Source: Lachnospiraceae bacterium UBA1718 (GTDB taxonomy: Bacteria; Bacillota; Clostridia; Lachnospirales; Lachnospiraceae). From it: a DNA stretch of 55,693 nt. The position numbers and the translations under genes are program-made. This document shows, one piece after another, positions 46,754-55,693 of the stretch (position 1 is its first letter; each line of letters begins with the position of its first letter). The notes under the pieces are model-generated. The model was not told the DNA's origin. It saw nothing but the letters and a program-made list of their open reading frames with translations, and searched no databases. The stretch lies in the NCBI GenBank assembly GCA_002317245.1, contig DCIU01000150.1:246-55938 (forward strand). The letters run 5' to 3'.

Positions 46754-48037
46754 ATGAAATCATACAAGTCTATGAGCAGAGAAGAATTATTAGCTCTGCA
46801 GGCAGAACTGGAAAAAGCATATATTGATGCCAAGGGTAAGGGATTAAGCCTTAACATGGCAAGAGGCAAGCCATGTCCAACACAGCTTGATATGGGAATG
46901 GATATTCTGGATGCTATTAAGGCAACTGATTCTCCAATCACTCCATCTGGTATAGATATTCGTAATTATGGTGAGCTTACAGGTATTCCTGAGGCCAAGA
47001 AGCTTATGGCTGGAATGATGGGAGTTAATCCAGATAACGTATACGTATTTGGTAATGCATCACTTCCTATTATGTATGATACTGTTGCAAGATCATATGC
47101 ATTTGGTGTGTGTGGCTCAACTCCATGGTGTAAGCTGGATAAAGTTAAGTTCTTATGTCCAGTTCCAGGATATGACAGACACTTCGCTATTACAGAGCAG
47201 TTCGGAATTGAGAACATTCCAGTTCCAATGGATGAGAATGGTCCAGATATGAAGATGGTTAAGGAACTGGTTGAATCAGATCCTGCAGTCAAGGGTATCT
47301 GGTGTGTTCCTAAGTATGCTAATCCTACAGGTATTACATATTCTGATGATGTTGTTAAGACATTCGCTTCTCTGAAGCCAGCAGCAGAAGATTTTAGAAT
47401 CTACTGGGATAATGCATATGCAGTTCATGACCTTTACCCGGATGATAAGGATGAACTTCTTGAAATTATATCTGAGTGCGCTAAGAATGGTAATACAGAT
47501 ATGGTATTTGAGTTCTGTTCAACCTCTAAGGTTAGCTTCGCTGGAGCAGGTATTGCTGCAATGGCTTCTTCTGAGAACAACTTAAATTGGGCTAAGAAGA
47601 CAATGACAATTCAGACGATTGGCTATGATAAGATTAATCAGCTTCGTCATGTGGCATACTTTGGCGATATTCAGGGTATCTACAAGCATATGTCTAAGCA
47701 TGCAGATATGTTAAGACCTAAGTTCGAAGCAGTTCTTGAGTGCTTCGATAATGAACTTGGCGGACTGGACATAGCAGAGTGGACTAAGCCAAAGGGAGGC
47801 TACTTCATTTCCTTTATGGCTATGGAAGGCTGTGCTAAGGAGATCGTTGCTAAGTGTAAGGAAGCTGGCGTTACTCTTACAGGAGCAGGTGCTACATATC
47901 CATATGGTAAGGATCCTAAGGATAGCAATATTAGAATTGCACCTTCCTTTCCAACAGCAGAAGAGATGCAGCTTGCAGCAGAGATTTTTGTGCTCTGTGT
48001 TAAGCTTGTAACTGTTAATCACTTACTTGCTGCTTAG
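46754..48037 (+). CDS. PLP-dependent class I/II aminotransferase (aspartate aminotransferase type)
   Basis: MARGKP, PGYDRHF, YANPTG, WDNAY, STSK (PLP lysine), IRIAPS. Confidence 0.93.
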   Translation: MKSYKSMSREELLALQAELEKAYIDAKGKGLSLNMARGKPCPTQLDMGMDILDAIKATDSPITPSGIDIRNYGELTGIPEAKKLMAGMMGVNPDNVYVFGNASLPIMYDTVARSYAFGVCGSTPWCKLDKVKFLCPVPGYDRHFAITEQFGIENIPVPMDENGPDMKMVKELVESDPAVKGIWCVPKYANPTGITYSDDVVKTFASLKPAAEDFRIYWDNAYAVHDLYPDDKDELLEIISECAKNGNTDMVFEFCSTSKVSFAGAGIAAMASSENNLNWAKKTMTIQTIGYDKINQLRHVAYFGDIQGIYKHMSKHADMLRPKFEAVLECFDNELGGLDIAEWTKPKGGYFISFMAMEGCAKEIVAKCKEAGVTLTGAGATYPYGKDPKDSNIRIAPSFPTAEEMQLAAEIFVLCVKLVTVNHLLAA

Positions 48038-48069
48038 TTACCATAAGATTTTGATTAAATTGTTATGTT

Positions 48070-48105
48070 AATTCTCCAGAAATTAAATTTTCTGGAGAAT
48101 TTTTT
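48070..48105 (+). terminator. Intrinsic terminator
   Basis: AATTCTCCAGAAA/TTTCTGGAGAATT plus T run. Confidence 0.85.
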
Positions 48106-48118
48106 ATTTGGCCAATAT

Positions 48119-48164
48119 CACAACATCTAGTGTGATAGTTTTATCTGACGTTCTACATATCGTG
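48119..48164. promoter_or_regulatory. Tandem NrdR-box-like sites
   Basis: CACAACATCTAGTG (48119) and TTCTACATATCGTG (48151), 32-bp period. Confidence 0.6.
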
Positions 48165-48215
48165 TAAAGTGCCAAGAAACCTTGTAAAATGGGCATTTTT
48201 GCATAATTTTAATCG

Positions 48216-48244
48216 TTGCGTAATTGAACTTTGGTGGTTATAAT
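48216..48244 (+). promoter_or_regulatory. xerD promoter
   Basis: TTGCGT-17-TATAAT. Confidence 0.65.
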
Positions 48245-48293
48245 AAGAACCTAGCGGGACCATTTCCTATGGTCAGACAGGGGTAATTATTGA

Positions 48294-49178
48294 ATGATAA
48301 AAGAAATAGATCAGTTCATTTCTTATTTACATAATGTTAAAAAGACTTCAACCAATACTGAGTTATCCTATAAGAGAGATCTCAAGAAGTTTGTTGCTTT
48401 TCTTGAGGAACGAGGAGTAAACAGTATTAAGGAAGTTTCTGAGAAGGACTTGAAGGATTACGTTCAGTATATGAACGATAATGATTTCAAGCCTGCAACA
48501 ATTTCGCGTAATATAGCTTCCATTAAAGCTTTGTTCCATTACTTTTCGACAGAGAATGCTGATATAGCAGATATTTCAGGCAAGCTTAAGGCTCCTAAGA
48601 TCGAGAAGAAGGCTCCAGAGATAATGACTACTTCAGAGGTTAACAGGCTCTTAGAGCAGCCTTCTGGCGAAGGTCCTAAGGAAGTTAGAGACAAGGCTAT
48701 GCTTGAACTTCTCTATGCTACTGGCATCAGAGTATCTGAGCTTATCTCGCTTAAGATGTCAGATGTTAATCTCCAGATGAACTGCATTGTATGCAGCGAT
48801 GCTAAGAAGGAGAGGGTAGTACCTTTTAATGCAACAGCAAGAGATGCAATTGTAAGATATCTTGAGGATGGAAGAGAAGCGCTTGTCGGTAATACTGACT
48901 GCGACAGCTTATTTGTTAACTGTTCTGGCGACTCAATGAGCAGACAGGGATTCTGGAAGCTGATTAAGTACTATACTAAGAAAGCTGGAATCGAAGCTGA
49001 CATTACTCCTCATACCTTACGCCATTCCTTTGCAGCCCATCTTGTGGAGAATGGAGCGGATCTTAAGAGCGTCCAGGAGATGTTAGGCCATTCGGATATA
49101 TCTACTACTCAGATATATGCGCACATGAATCACAATCATCTTAGAGATGTTTACGCCAAGAGTCATCCAAGAAGATAG
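48294..49178 (+). CDS. xerD: Tyrosine recombinase XerD
   Basis: RDKAMLELLYATGIRVSE, MSRQGFWK, TPHTLRHSFA, VQEMLGHSDISTTQIY, HPR. Confidence 0.93.
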   Translation: MIKEIDQFISYLHNVKKTSTNTELSYKRDLKKFVAFLEERGVNSIKEVSEKDLKDYVQYMNDNDFKPATISRNIASIKALFHYFSTENADIADISGKLKAPKIEKKAPEIMTTSEVNRLLEQPSGEGPKEVRDKAMLELLYATGIRVSELISLKMSDVNLQMNCIVCSDAKKERVVPFNATARDAIVRYLEDGREALVGNTDCDSLFVNCSGDSMSRQGFWKLIKYYTKKAGIEADITPHTLRHSFAAHLVENGADLKSVQEMLGHSDISTTQIYAHMNHNHLRDVYAKSHPRR

Positions 49179-49185
49179 ACACGAT

Positions 49186-49220
49186 ACCTCCTTACTGGTT
49201 AGCCAGTAGGGAGGTTTTTT
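49186..49220 (+). terminator. Intrinsic terminator after xerD
   Basis: ACCTCCTTACTGG/CCAGTAGGGAGGT plus T run. Confidence 0.88.
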
Positions 49221-49325
49221 AATGGCATTAATAAATTCTTAAGATTATCCTACGCGGTATTTCATTGATTAAGCAATTAAAGTGGTTTATATTTAAGCAT
49301 AGAAAAAGGCCAAAGGAGCAAGAGA

Positions 49326-50402
49326 ATGAGACTTGATAATATAGAATTTGAACAGGAAGAAGAGACACCTAAGAGATTTAACATTAAACTCGACAAGGAA
49401 AAACTCTTTATAATAGAGGCAGCAGTAGGAATAGTAGTACTTATAGTACTTATCATTATTGCTGGCACACTTCTCTTTGGTAAGAAGTCGGATAATGAGA
49501 CCCCAGAGGATATCCAGATTGAGGAAGAACTTCAGAGCCCGAATGAAGAAGCTATAGAAGCAATAACTGACGAGACTGAGCCTTCTGCGAATACATCGGC
49601 AGACACTGATGCCACAGCAGTTAACTCAGAAGATCAGGTAAAAAATGATGTAACTGAGATTACTAAGACCACTCCAGTTAAGGGAGAGCTGGCACAGACA
49701 TATACCGCTGGCAATATGCTTACATATACCAAGGACTCTTATCAGCTTCCTGAGATATATTCATATTGGGACAATTATCAACTGGAGGCAGTTGGAGACT
49801 TGATTAGACTCGACAGAGTCCGTACTATTACCAATTCATTGGGTAAGAGCAACGACTTCTACTACTATGGCTCTACTAATAGCAACGGCCAGCCTGATGG
49901 ACGTGGATTAGCTGTATATGCCTATAACACCTATTATTTTGGCGACTGGAGCAATGGTAAGCGCGAAGGCAACGGAATGTGGATTAGACTCTTTATTGAC
50001 GATACAGGAATCGTGAATGGTGTTAAGGGAGTTAAGGAACACCAGTACAATGGTAGCTGGTCTGATGACCTTCCTTGCGGATCAGGCCAGGAACATATTG
50101 AGTATGATACTTCTAAGATCGATAAGGAGTTCGTTATTTCCAATGCAATAGGTGAGTTCAAGGATGGATATTACCAGGGCAGTATGTATATAATGACTAT
50201 AGATCAGAGTGGAAGAACTATCGACTGGTATGGAACCTGTGAAAAGGGAAGCTTTGTATTCTTAAGTGATAAGAAGACAAATCTTGGTAAGAGAAGCGTC
50301 TGGAAGGCTGGAGATGGTTACGATACTGGTGAAGAGGATAACTGTCGCTGGATGATGCCTAAGGACAATGTTAATTTTGGTATTGCTGGATTGAAGAAAT
50401 AA
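49326..50402 (+). CDS. Membrane-anchored protein with MORN-like repeats
   Basis: Single TM and acidic linker; YYG....GQPDGRG, YFGDWSNGKREGNG, YNGSWSDDLPCGSG. Confidence 0.78.
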   Translation: MRLDNIEFEQEEETPKRFNIKLDKEKLFIIEAAVGIVVLIVLIIIAGTLLFGKKSDNETPEDIQIEEELQSPNEEAIEAITDETEPSANTSADTDATAVNSEDQVKNDVTEITKTTPVKGELAQTYTAGNMLTYTKDSYQLPEIYSYWDNYQLEAVGDLIRLDRVRTITNSLGKSNDFYYYGSTNSNGQPDGRGLAVYAYNTYYFGDWSNGKREGNGMWIRLFIDDTGIVNGVKGVKEHQYNGSWSDDLPCGSGQEHIEYDTSKIDKEFVISNAIGEFKDGYYQGSMYIMTIDQSGRTIDWYGTCEKGSFVFLSDKKTNLGKRSVWKAGDGYDTGEEDNCRWMMPKDNVNFGIAGLKK

Positions 50403-50403
50403 T

Positions 50404-51474
50404 ATGAAGAATATCGTTGATTATATTCGTGAATATAGAGACGTTACGTTTAAGGAGCATCCATTTAATGAAGTGGATGCCCTTGTGCTGTCACAATTTT
50501 CATATTTGAAGTGGGAACATGTCATTCCCAAGTTAACCGACAATGGGGAAGGTATTACCCTGTCAGAGATGAGCGAGAAGATGCTTGAGGCAGAGGTGTT
50601 CGTCTATGAGAGATTTGTCGAAGGCAACAGAGCTATGTGGGCGGCAATGCTTGATAGCAAGAGATTTAATACAATGAAGTGCAATTACCTAAGTATGGAT
50701 CTTAACCGTAATCTTGAGACACAGTTCATGGCCTTTACAGTATTTCCAGAGGACGCACTTCCTGTGATTCTCTTCAGAGGTACTGATGAGACACTTCTTG
50801 GATGGAAGGAAGACTACAACATGGCTCTCAATCAGCCTGTAGCGGGCCAGAACCTTGCATCCCTGTATCTTAGACAGGTTGCATTAAGGCTGGAGGGAGA
50901 ATTCATGATTGCGGGTCACTCCAAGGGAGGCAACCTTGCAGCCTATAGCGCTATGGACTGCTCACCAGAGCTTAGAGAGAGAATCCACACAATCTATGAC
51001 TTCGATGGTCCACACTTCAGACCTGAATTATTAGAGAAGCTTGACTACGAAGCAATTAAGCCTAAGCTGCGTAAGTTCATTCCTCAGTCATCAGTGGTCG
51101 GAATACTCCTTGAGACGGACCATTATTATACGGTAATTAAGTCCAATGCATATTCTGGTATTCAGCAGCACGACCCATTTATGTGGGTAGTTGCAGGATC
51201 GGAATTCAAGCGCTTAAGTAAGGTCAATAAGCATTCAGCCAGATTGAATGAGAAGATGCTTGAGCTGCTTATGTATCTAACCATTGACCAGGTATATGAA
51301 TTTGGACGTGCACTGTTTGATCTTATTGGCATGGATAAAATATATACAATTGACGAATATGGCAAGAGAAATATCAAGGACATGGCTGGCTCTGCCCTTC
51401 AGAACATCTCAGATATAGATGTAGATACCCGTAAGCTAATGAAAGAGGTAGTGAGAGAATTTATTAAGGGCTAA
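50404..51474 (+). CDS. DUF2974/Mbeg1-like alpha/beta hydrolase
   Basis: FNEVDALVLSQ.SY, FRGTD.TL.GWKED, GHSKGGNLA, FDGP, QH. Confidence 0.9.
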   Translation: MKNIVDYIREYRDVTFKEHPFNEVDALVLSQFSYLKWEHVIPKLTDNGEGITLSEMSEKMLEAEVFVYERFVEGNRAMWAAMLDSKRFNTMKCNYLSMDLNRNLETQFMAFTVFPEDALPVILFRGTDETLLGWKEDYNMALNQPVAGQNLASLYLRQVALRLEGEFMIAGHSKGGNLAAYSAMDCSPELRERIHTIYDFDGPHFRPELLEKLDYEAIKPKLRKFIPQSSVVGILLETDHYYTVIKSNAYSGIQQHDPFMWVVAGSEFKRLSKVNKHSARLNEKMLELLMYLTIDQVYEFGRALFDLIGMDKIYTIDEYGKRNIKDMAGSALQNISDIDVDTRKLMKEVVREFIKG

Positions 51475-51480
51475 GAAGTC

Positions 51481-51509
51481 TTGACATTGCCTGTCAAAAT
51501 AGATAGAAT
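51481..51509 (+). promoter_or_regulatory. tRNA-Leu promoter
   Basis: TTGACA-17-TAGAAT. Confidence 0.85.
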
Positions 51510-51532
51510 AACTCGTGGACGTTAGTTCGAAA

Positions 51533-51615
51533 GCGGAAGTGGTGGAATGGCAGACGCGCAGGCTTCAGGTGCCTGTGGTAGCAATACCGTGTGGGTTCAA
51601 GTCCCATCTTCCGCA
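51533..51615 (+). tRNA. tRNA-Leu(CAG)
   Basis: Anticodon arm CAGGC-TTCAGGT-GCCTG; variable arm GGTA-GCAA-TACC; acceptor GCGGAAG/CTTCCGC. Confidence 0.97.
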
Positions 51616-51628
51616 CTGTTTTGGAATG

Positions 51629-51663
51629 AAAATGACTCAGACATACGTCTGGGTCATTTTTTT
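51629..51663 (+). terminator. tRNA-Leu terminator
   Basis: AAAATGACTCAGAC/GTCTGGGTCATTTT plus T run. Confidence 0.9.
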
Positions 51664-51750
51664 ATATAATTATTAGCCCAGAGGTAAATATGCTTCGTAT
51701 AAGAGTGTGAAGTGAAAAATAATTGCAAATAAAGCAAGGAGGATAATCAT

Positions 51751-51939
51751 ATGAAGTTAGTTGGTGATCTTAAGGATAAGTTTGATGCAGCTGAGACAAA
51801 GGAAGCAAAGTCTAAGGTATTATTAGACGCTGGTGTAGAGCTTAGCGATGCAGAGATTGAAGCTGTTGTTGGTGGTGGAACAAACGGATTTGCAGAAGGT
51901 ATTGTAAGAGGCGCTGCGGAATCAATTATTAGAAGATAA
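51751..51939 (+). CDS. Double-glycine-leader peptide precursor (Nif11/bacteriocin-like leader)
   Basis: SD AAGGAGG; leader ends ELSDAEIEAVVGG; 20-aa core GTNGFAEGIVRGAAESIIRR. Confidence 0.75.
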   Translation: MKLVGDLKDKFDAAETKEAKSKVLLDAGVELSDAEIEAVVGGGTNGFAEGIVRGAAESIIRR

Positions 51940-51948
51940 TAACCGATT

Positions 51949-51979
51949 AAGAGGTCTGACTGGATGGTCAGACCTTTTT
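51949..51979 (+). terminator. Intrinsic terminator
   Basis: AAGAGGTCTGACT/GGTCAGACCTTTT. Confidence 0.85.
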
Positions 51980-52004
51980 AGCCTATTAATGATGGAGCGT
52001 GCGC

Positions 52005-52498
52005 ATGAAAATTTTTGCTTACAGTGTAAGAGAAGATGAGGTCAAATATTTTGACAAACTTATTGCAGAGGGCATAGATATCACTTATATATCTGAATAT
52101 CCAACTATGGACAATGTAGAGCTTGCCAGGGGCTATGATGCTGTTACTATAATTTCCAACGTGCTGACTAAGGACATGTACGACGCATGGGCTTCCTACG
52201 GTGTTAAGTCAATTGGAACAAGAAGCGTTGGCTTCGACCATGTGGATACAGCAAGATAGGATTCGCAGCCCTTGATACCTTCGAGGAAGAGGTTGGTCTG
52301 TATTACAAGAATCTGGAGAGAAGCCAGATTGTAAATAGGACAAGATCAATTCTTCAGACCTTCCCTAATGTTATTCTGTCGCCACATATGGCCTTCTATA
52401 CCGAACAGTCAACCTCAGATATGGTTGGTACGACTGTAAGAGGGCTTATAGCATTAGAAGAAGAGGGCGTAAGTCCACTTGAAGTGACATACGAATAA
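52005..52498 (+). pseudogene. D-lactate/D-2-hydroxyacid dehydrogenase pseudogene with an internal out-of-frame deletion
   Basis: N-terminal MKIFAYSVREDE...TRSVGFDHVD ends at 52259; C-terminal KIGFAALDTFEEE...PNVILSPHMAFYT in another frame at 52253-52498; NAD-binding core absent. Confidence 0.88.
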
Positions 52499-52515
52499 GA
52501 TAGAACAGCGGAAAT

Positions 52516-52546
52516 GAAAATGACCACCCTTGGGTGGTCATTCTTT
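52516..52546. terminator. Terminator between convergent genes
   Basis: AATGACCACCC/GGGTGGTCATT. Confidence 0.75.
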
Positions 52547-54773
52547 ATTTTATACTTGGCATAATTACATCTTCTATGTAGGAACGAAGTATCTCGCCCA
52601 CGGCACTTGCATGGTTGAAGGTGAAGGCACCATCACAGATGAATGGTGTGTCTCCGCCATATACGGCGCTTATACCGCCAATGCATCCAGCATGTTCCAT
52701 GTGCTCCTCGATAACCGAGTACATTGTTCGTAGTCTGGCTTTGCCATCCTTGGAGTTGCCGTAGGTTTTCCTGAAGGCTGAGAGATAAGCACCAAGCAGG
52801 AAGGACCAGGCCGTTCCGTTGTGGGCCGCACGCCTGCGTTCATCAGGAGTTCCCTGGTATTTGCCAATATACCCATGGCTGTCAGATGACAGAGACTTCA
52901 CAGCTGCTCCGACATAGAGCTTTCTTCCGACTGTATCAACGATTGCACGTTCCTCCTTGGCAATCAGCAGAGAGAATGGAAGTGATACAGCATATATCTG
53001 GTTGGGCCTGATTGAATTGTCGGCTGGAGTGAATTCTCCGGTAGCTTCATCATACAGAACCACGTCATAGAGACAGTTGCGGTCGGCATTCCAGTATATC
53101 TTACGGAATACATTCTTAATCTTGTCTGATAACTGCTTGTAATGAGTCACGTCAACATGGCATACCTTGCCAAGAGTCTCCATAACACACAGAGCATTAT
53201 ACCAGAGGGCATTTATTTCTACGGGACATCCATATCTTGGGGTGACTGGTGTACCGTCTATTACACAGTTCATCCATGTAGCATTAGTGCTGACATCACC
53301 AACGGACAAGAGGCCATTTGGAAGCATCTTGATTGCAAGATCTGTACCATTCTCGTAAGCATCAATTATCCCAGCGAGAAGAGGGTAAATGTTGTTATAT
53401 ATATAGCTGGCTGCACTACGCATGTATTCCTGAGATACCTTAGGATCATTCCTTAAGTACTTAAGATACTTGTATACATCAAGAATCAACCAGAGCGAAG
53501 CATCTGCGCTCTCATAAGTAGGTTCATCACTGGCGTGGTTGAAGGAGCTTGGCGTAAGTCCCTTCTCGATATGCTTGGCAAAGGTGAAGAGTATCTGCCC
53601 AGCATCATCATATCTCTTCGTACAGAGGGTAAGTCCTGTGAAGGCTATAAGAGAATCTGGAGCCTTATCAACGCTTCTTGGCATTCGGCTTAAGATTGTG
53701 CTTGTGCCGGTAGAAGCTCTGTCGGCTATGAAGGAATCAGCAGACAGGATAAGCTTGTTTATGAATGCGTCGTCATATCCTGAATTGTTAATCAGTTCAG
53801 CGTAATACTTCCTGCATTCATTAACAATTCTGTGAGCAGATCTGTTGTTAATGAAGCAGTCACTTGCCTGCTGCAGAAGTGCCATACCCTGAATCACATC
53901 AGAGATTACCACATTACAGAGTACTGAATATGAGCTCTTGCTGTGGGCAGGAACTGATACGGATATATCGTATGGTGAGAAGTGGGCACATAAGCCGTCA
54001 AGACCACTCTCTACTTCATGAATGAGCTGACTTCCGGCATCTACAGGAGTAGGACAGTCATAATATGTTCCACCGCTGATTGACAGGTCGACCCTGACAT
54101 AGGGATTGGACCTTGGAACAAGAGAGAGGGTATCACCAGTACGAAGCTTGTCGTACTTAGGTACGCCGGGATATGTAATTGTATTCTCTTTTCTGAAATT
54201 GAACCATGGAGTGAGTACTACCTTGGCCTCAGTATCGGTATTATTGACGAAGTCATAGCCTATGGCCAGAGTATTCTCGCCACGCTTGAGGGCAACATAC
54301 TTGGTAAGTTCGAACTCAGGAACAAGCTCCAATGTGGACTCGCTATCTGCATCGGCATCAGAACTATTCTCGATAATAGTCGCAATAGCTCCTCCTGAAT
54401 CAGTTGGGGATGCGGGTGAAGCCATAGTACTTCCACACTCATAGTGGAAGGTCATGGTTCCATCGTATGACACACTTGTCAGATAGTCCTGGCCATTTCT
54501 ATACTGAAGCTTGCCATCCACCATCTTAACAGATGTCTCAAGATCGTAGGTATTGCCGCCGGCCTTAACCCATTCACACATCTGCTCCATGATTACGAAT
54601 CTCTGGGCAGGTGAATGAAGGCTTGCCACGAGAAGTCCCTGATGGGAGCGTGATAAGCCACCGATAAGTGTGCCTGAGGAATAGCTTCCGAGGCCATTCG
54701 TAAGGCACCAGTCTATATTGTTGCCCGTTACAAAGTCGGGCCAGTTGTTTTTATCATATGTATATTTAAGCAT
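52545..54773 (-). CDS. Glycogen debranching enzyme / amylo-alpha-1,6-glucosidase homolog, probably catalytically degenerate
   Basis: WCLTNGLGSYSS, DASLW, PVEINALWYNAL, SIRPNQ, HNGTAW; active-site motifs altered. Confidence 0.85.
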   Translation of the reverse strand: MLKYTYDKNNWPDFVTGNNIDWCLTNGLGSYSSGTLIGGLSRSHQGLLVASLHSPAQRFVIMEQMCEWVKAGGNTYDLETSVKMVDGKLQYRNGQDYLTSVSYDGTMTFHYECGSTMASPASPTDSGGAIATIIENSSDADADSESTLELVPEFELTKYVALKRGENTLAIGYDFVNNTDTEAKVVLTPWFNFRKENTITYPGVPKYDKLRTGDTLSLVPRSNPYVRVDLSISGGTYYDCPTPVDAGSQLIHEVESGLDGLCAHFSPYDISVSVPAHSKSSYSVLCNVVISDVIQGMALLQQASDCFINNRSAHRIVNECRKYYAELINNSGYDDAFINKLILSADSFIADRASTGTSTILSRMPRSVDKAPDSLIAFTGLTLCTKRYDDAGQILFTFAKHIEKGLTPSSFNHASDEPTYESADASLWLILDVYKYLKYLRNDPKVSQEYMRSAASYIYNNIYPLLAGIIDAYENGTDLAIKMLPNGLLSVGDVSTNATWMNCVIDGTPVTPRYGCPVEINALWYNALCVMETLGKVCHVDVTHYKQLSDKIKNVFRKIYWNADRNCLYDVVLYDEATGEFTPADNSIRPNQIYAVSLPFSLLIAKEERAIVDTVGRKLYVGAAVKSLSSDSHGYIGKYQGTPDERRRAAHNGTAWSFLLGAYLSAFRKTYGNSKDGKARLRTMYSVIEEHMEHAGCIGGISAVYGGDTPFICDGAFTFNHASAVGEILRSYIEDVIMPSIK

Positions 54774-54873
54774 AATTAGTACCTGGAATTAGTTTATATC
54801 CATAGAGATTATATATGTTATAATTATTATAATGCAAGCTTGATAAACATATTTGTATTGTCGAAAGGTCGTG

Positions 54874-55693
54874 ATGCAGATGGAAGACAGAAGAGTATTT
54901 GTAATTGTTCTTGACAGCTATGGAGTTGGTAATGCGCCTGACGCCGCTGCCTTTGGAGATGCGGGGGCCAATACCCTTAAGTCCATTACGGGTAGCAGCG
55001 AATATAACACTCCTAATATGAAGAATATGGGACTTTTCAATATTGATGGCGTTGATTATCTCGAAGGGGTTAAGGAGCAGGTAGGTGCCTATGGAAGGCT
55101 CACAGAGAAGTCTATGGGGAAGGATACTACCATTGGCCACTGGGAGATTGCGGGCATTGTATCTGAGAGACCGCTTCCTACATATCCTGAGGGATTCCCA
55201 AGTGAGGTGCTTGATAAGTTCTCTGAGGCTACTGGAAGAGGGGTTCTGTGCAATAAGCCATATTCCGGTACTGATGTAATAAGGGATTATGGTGAGGAAC
55301 ATATGAAGACTGGTTCGCTCATCGTATATACTTCGGCAGACAGTGTATTCCAGATTGCTGCCCACGAGGATATTGTTCCAGTAGAGGAACTCTACAGATA
55401 CTGTGAGATTGCCAGAGAGATTCTTCAGGGCGAACATGGAGTTGGAAGAGTTATAGCCAGACCGTTTACGGGAAGTGCAGGTTCATTCAGCCGTACACCA
55501 AGACGCCATGATTTTTCCCTTGTGCCACCTAAGCCTACCATGATGGATGCACTGATAGATGCAGGATATGCCACCTATGGTGTTGGCAAGATATATGATA
55601 TCTTCGCAGGTTCGGGCATTCAGAATACAATTCGCATTGAGGACAATGTGGATGGAATGAGACAGACACTTAGGTTCCAGCAGGAGGACTTCA
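54874..55693 (+). CDS. deoB: Phosphopentomutase, 5' part (runs off the window; absent from the ORF track)
   Basis: RVFVIVLDSYGVG..PDA..FGD.GANTL, SMGKDTTIGHWE, VYTSADSVFQIAAHE, GRVIARPF, GKIYDIF. Confidence 0.96.
   Translation, partial: MQMEDRRVFVIVLDSYGVGNAPDAAAFGDAGANTLKSITGSSEYNTPNMKNMGLFNIDGVDYLEGVKEQVGAYGRLTEKSMGKDTTIGHWEIAGIVSERPLPTYPEGFPSEVLDKFSEATGRGVLCNKPYSGTDVIRDYGEEHMKTGSLIVYTSADSVFQIAAHEDIVPVEELYRYCEIAREILQGEHGVGRVIARPFTGSAGSFSRTPRRHDFSLVPPKPTMMDALIDAGYATYGVGKIYDIFAGSGIQNTIRIEDNVDGMRQTLRFQQEDF

Noticed and set aside
48294-49178. Prophage or ICE integrase
   Set aside because: Sequence and length are those of chromosomal XerD; no arm-binding domain, att repeat or phage genes
793-54444. 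Numerous 60-180 aa ORFs overlapping assigned genes (e.g. 793-1239, 10197-10730, 31749-32225, 43959-44372)
   Set aside because: Alternative-frame or antisense shadows with no recognisable motif or evident SD
51533-54773. Genomic island integrated at tRNA-Leu
   Set aside because: No duplicated tRNA 3' end or integrase found downstream; the tRNA keeps its own terminator
54766-55437. 223-aa minus-strand ORF
   Set aside because: Antisense shadow of deoB, which has all the family motifs on the plus strand

Overview
Chromosomal segment of a low-GC anaerobic Firmicute. Gene content and families point to a Lachnospiraceae member, possibly Butyrivibrio-like (inference). The window holds a 5-tRNA cluster and an operon-like run of nitroreductase, two membrane EAL phosphodiesterases, a Cys/His-repeat lipoprotein, an MBOAT plus SGNH O-acetylation pair, GT4 and GH13. 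Next come a soluble chemoreceptor, a hybrid kinase with a response regulator, and truA. Two small toxin-like cassettes follow (DUF3990 plus partner; an Rpn-type nuclease with an apparent intragenic antitoxin start), each with a structured leader, together with a TetR-GGDEF-EAL fusion. A Gram-positive Tad/Flp pilus locus, including a Flp pilin missed by the ORF track, lies behind a ~325-nt highly structured leader RNA. The right part carries carD-like, lacI, recA-recX-rny with LexA boxes, xerD preceded by tandem NrdR-like boxes, tRNA-Leu, an orphan double-glycine peptide precursor, an internally deleted D-lactate dehydrogenase, a glycogen-debranching homolog lacking catalytic residues and the start of deoB. 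I found no CRISPR array, rRNA, IS element or prophage. The best candidates for new biology are the tad leader RNA with its possibly DNA-binding minor pilin, the switch-like RNA plus 14-aa ORF before recA, and the two toxin-like cassettes. All RNA structures and family assignments were made by eye; none were computed.
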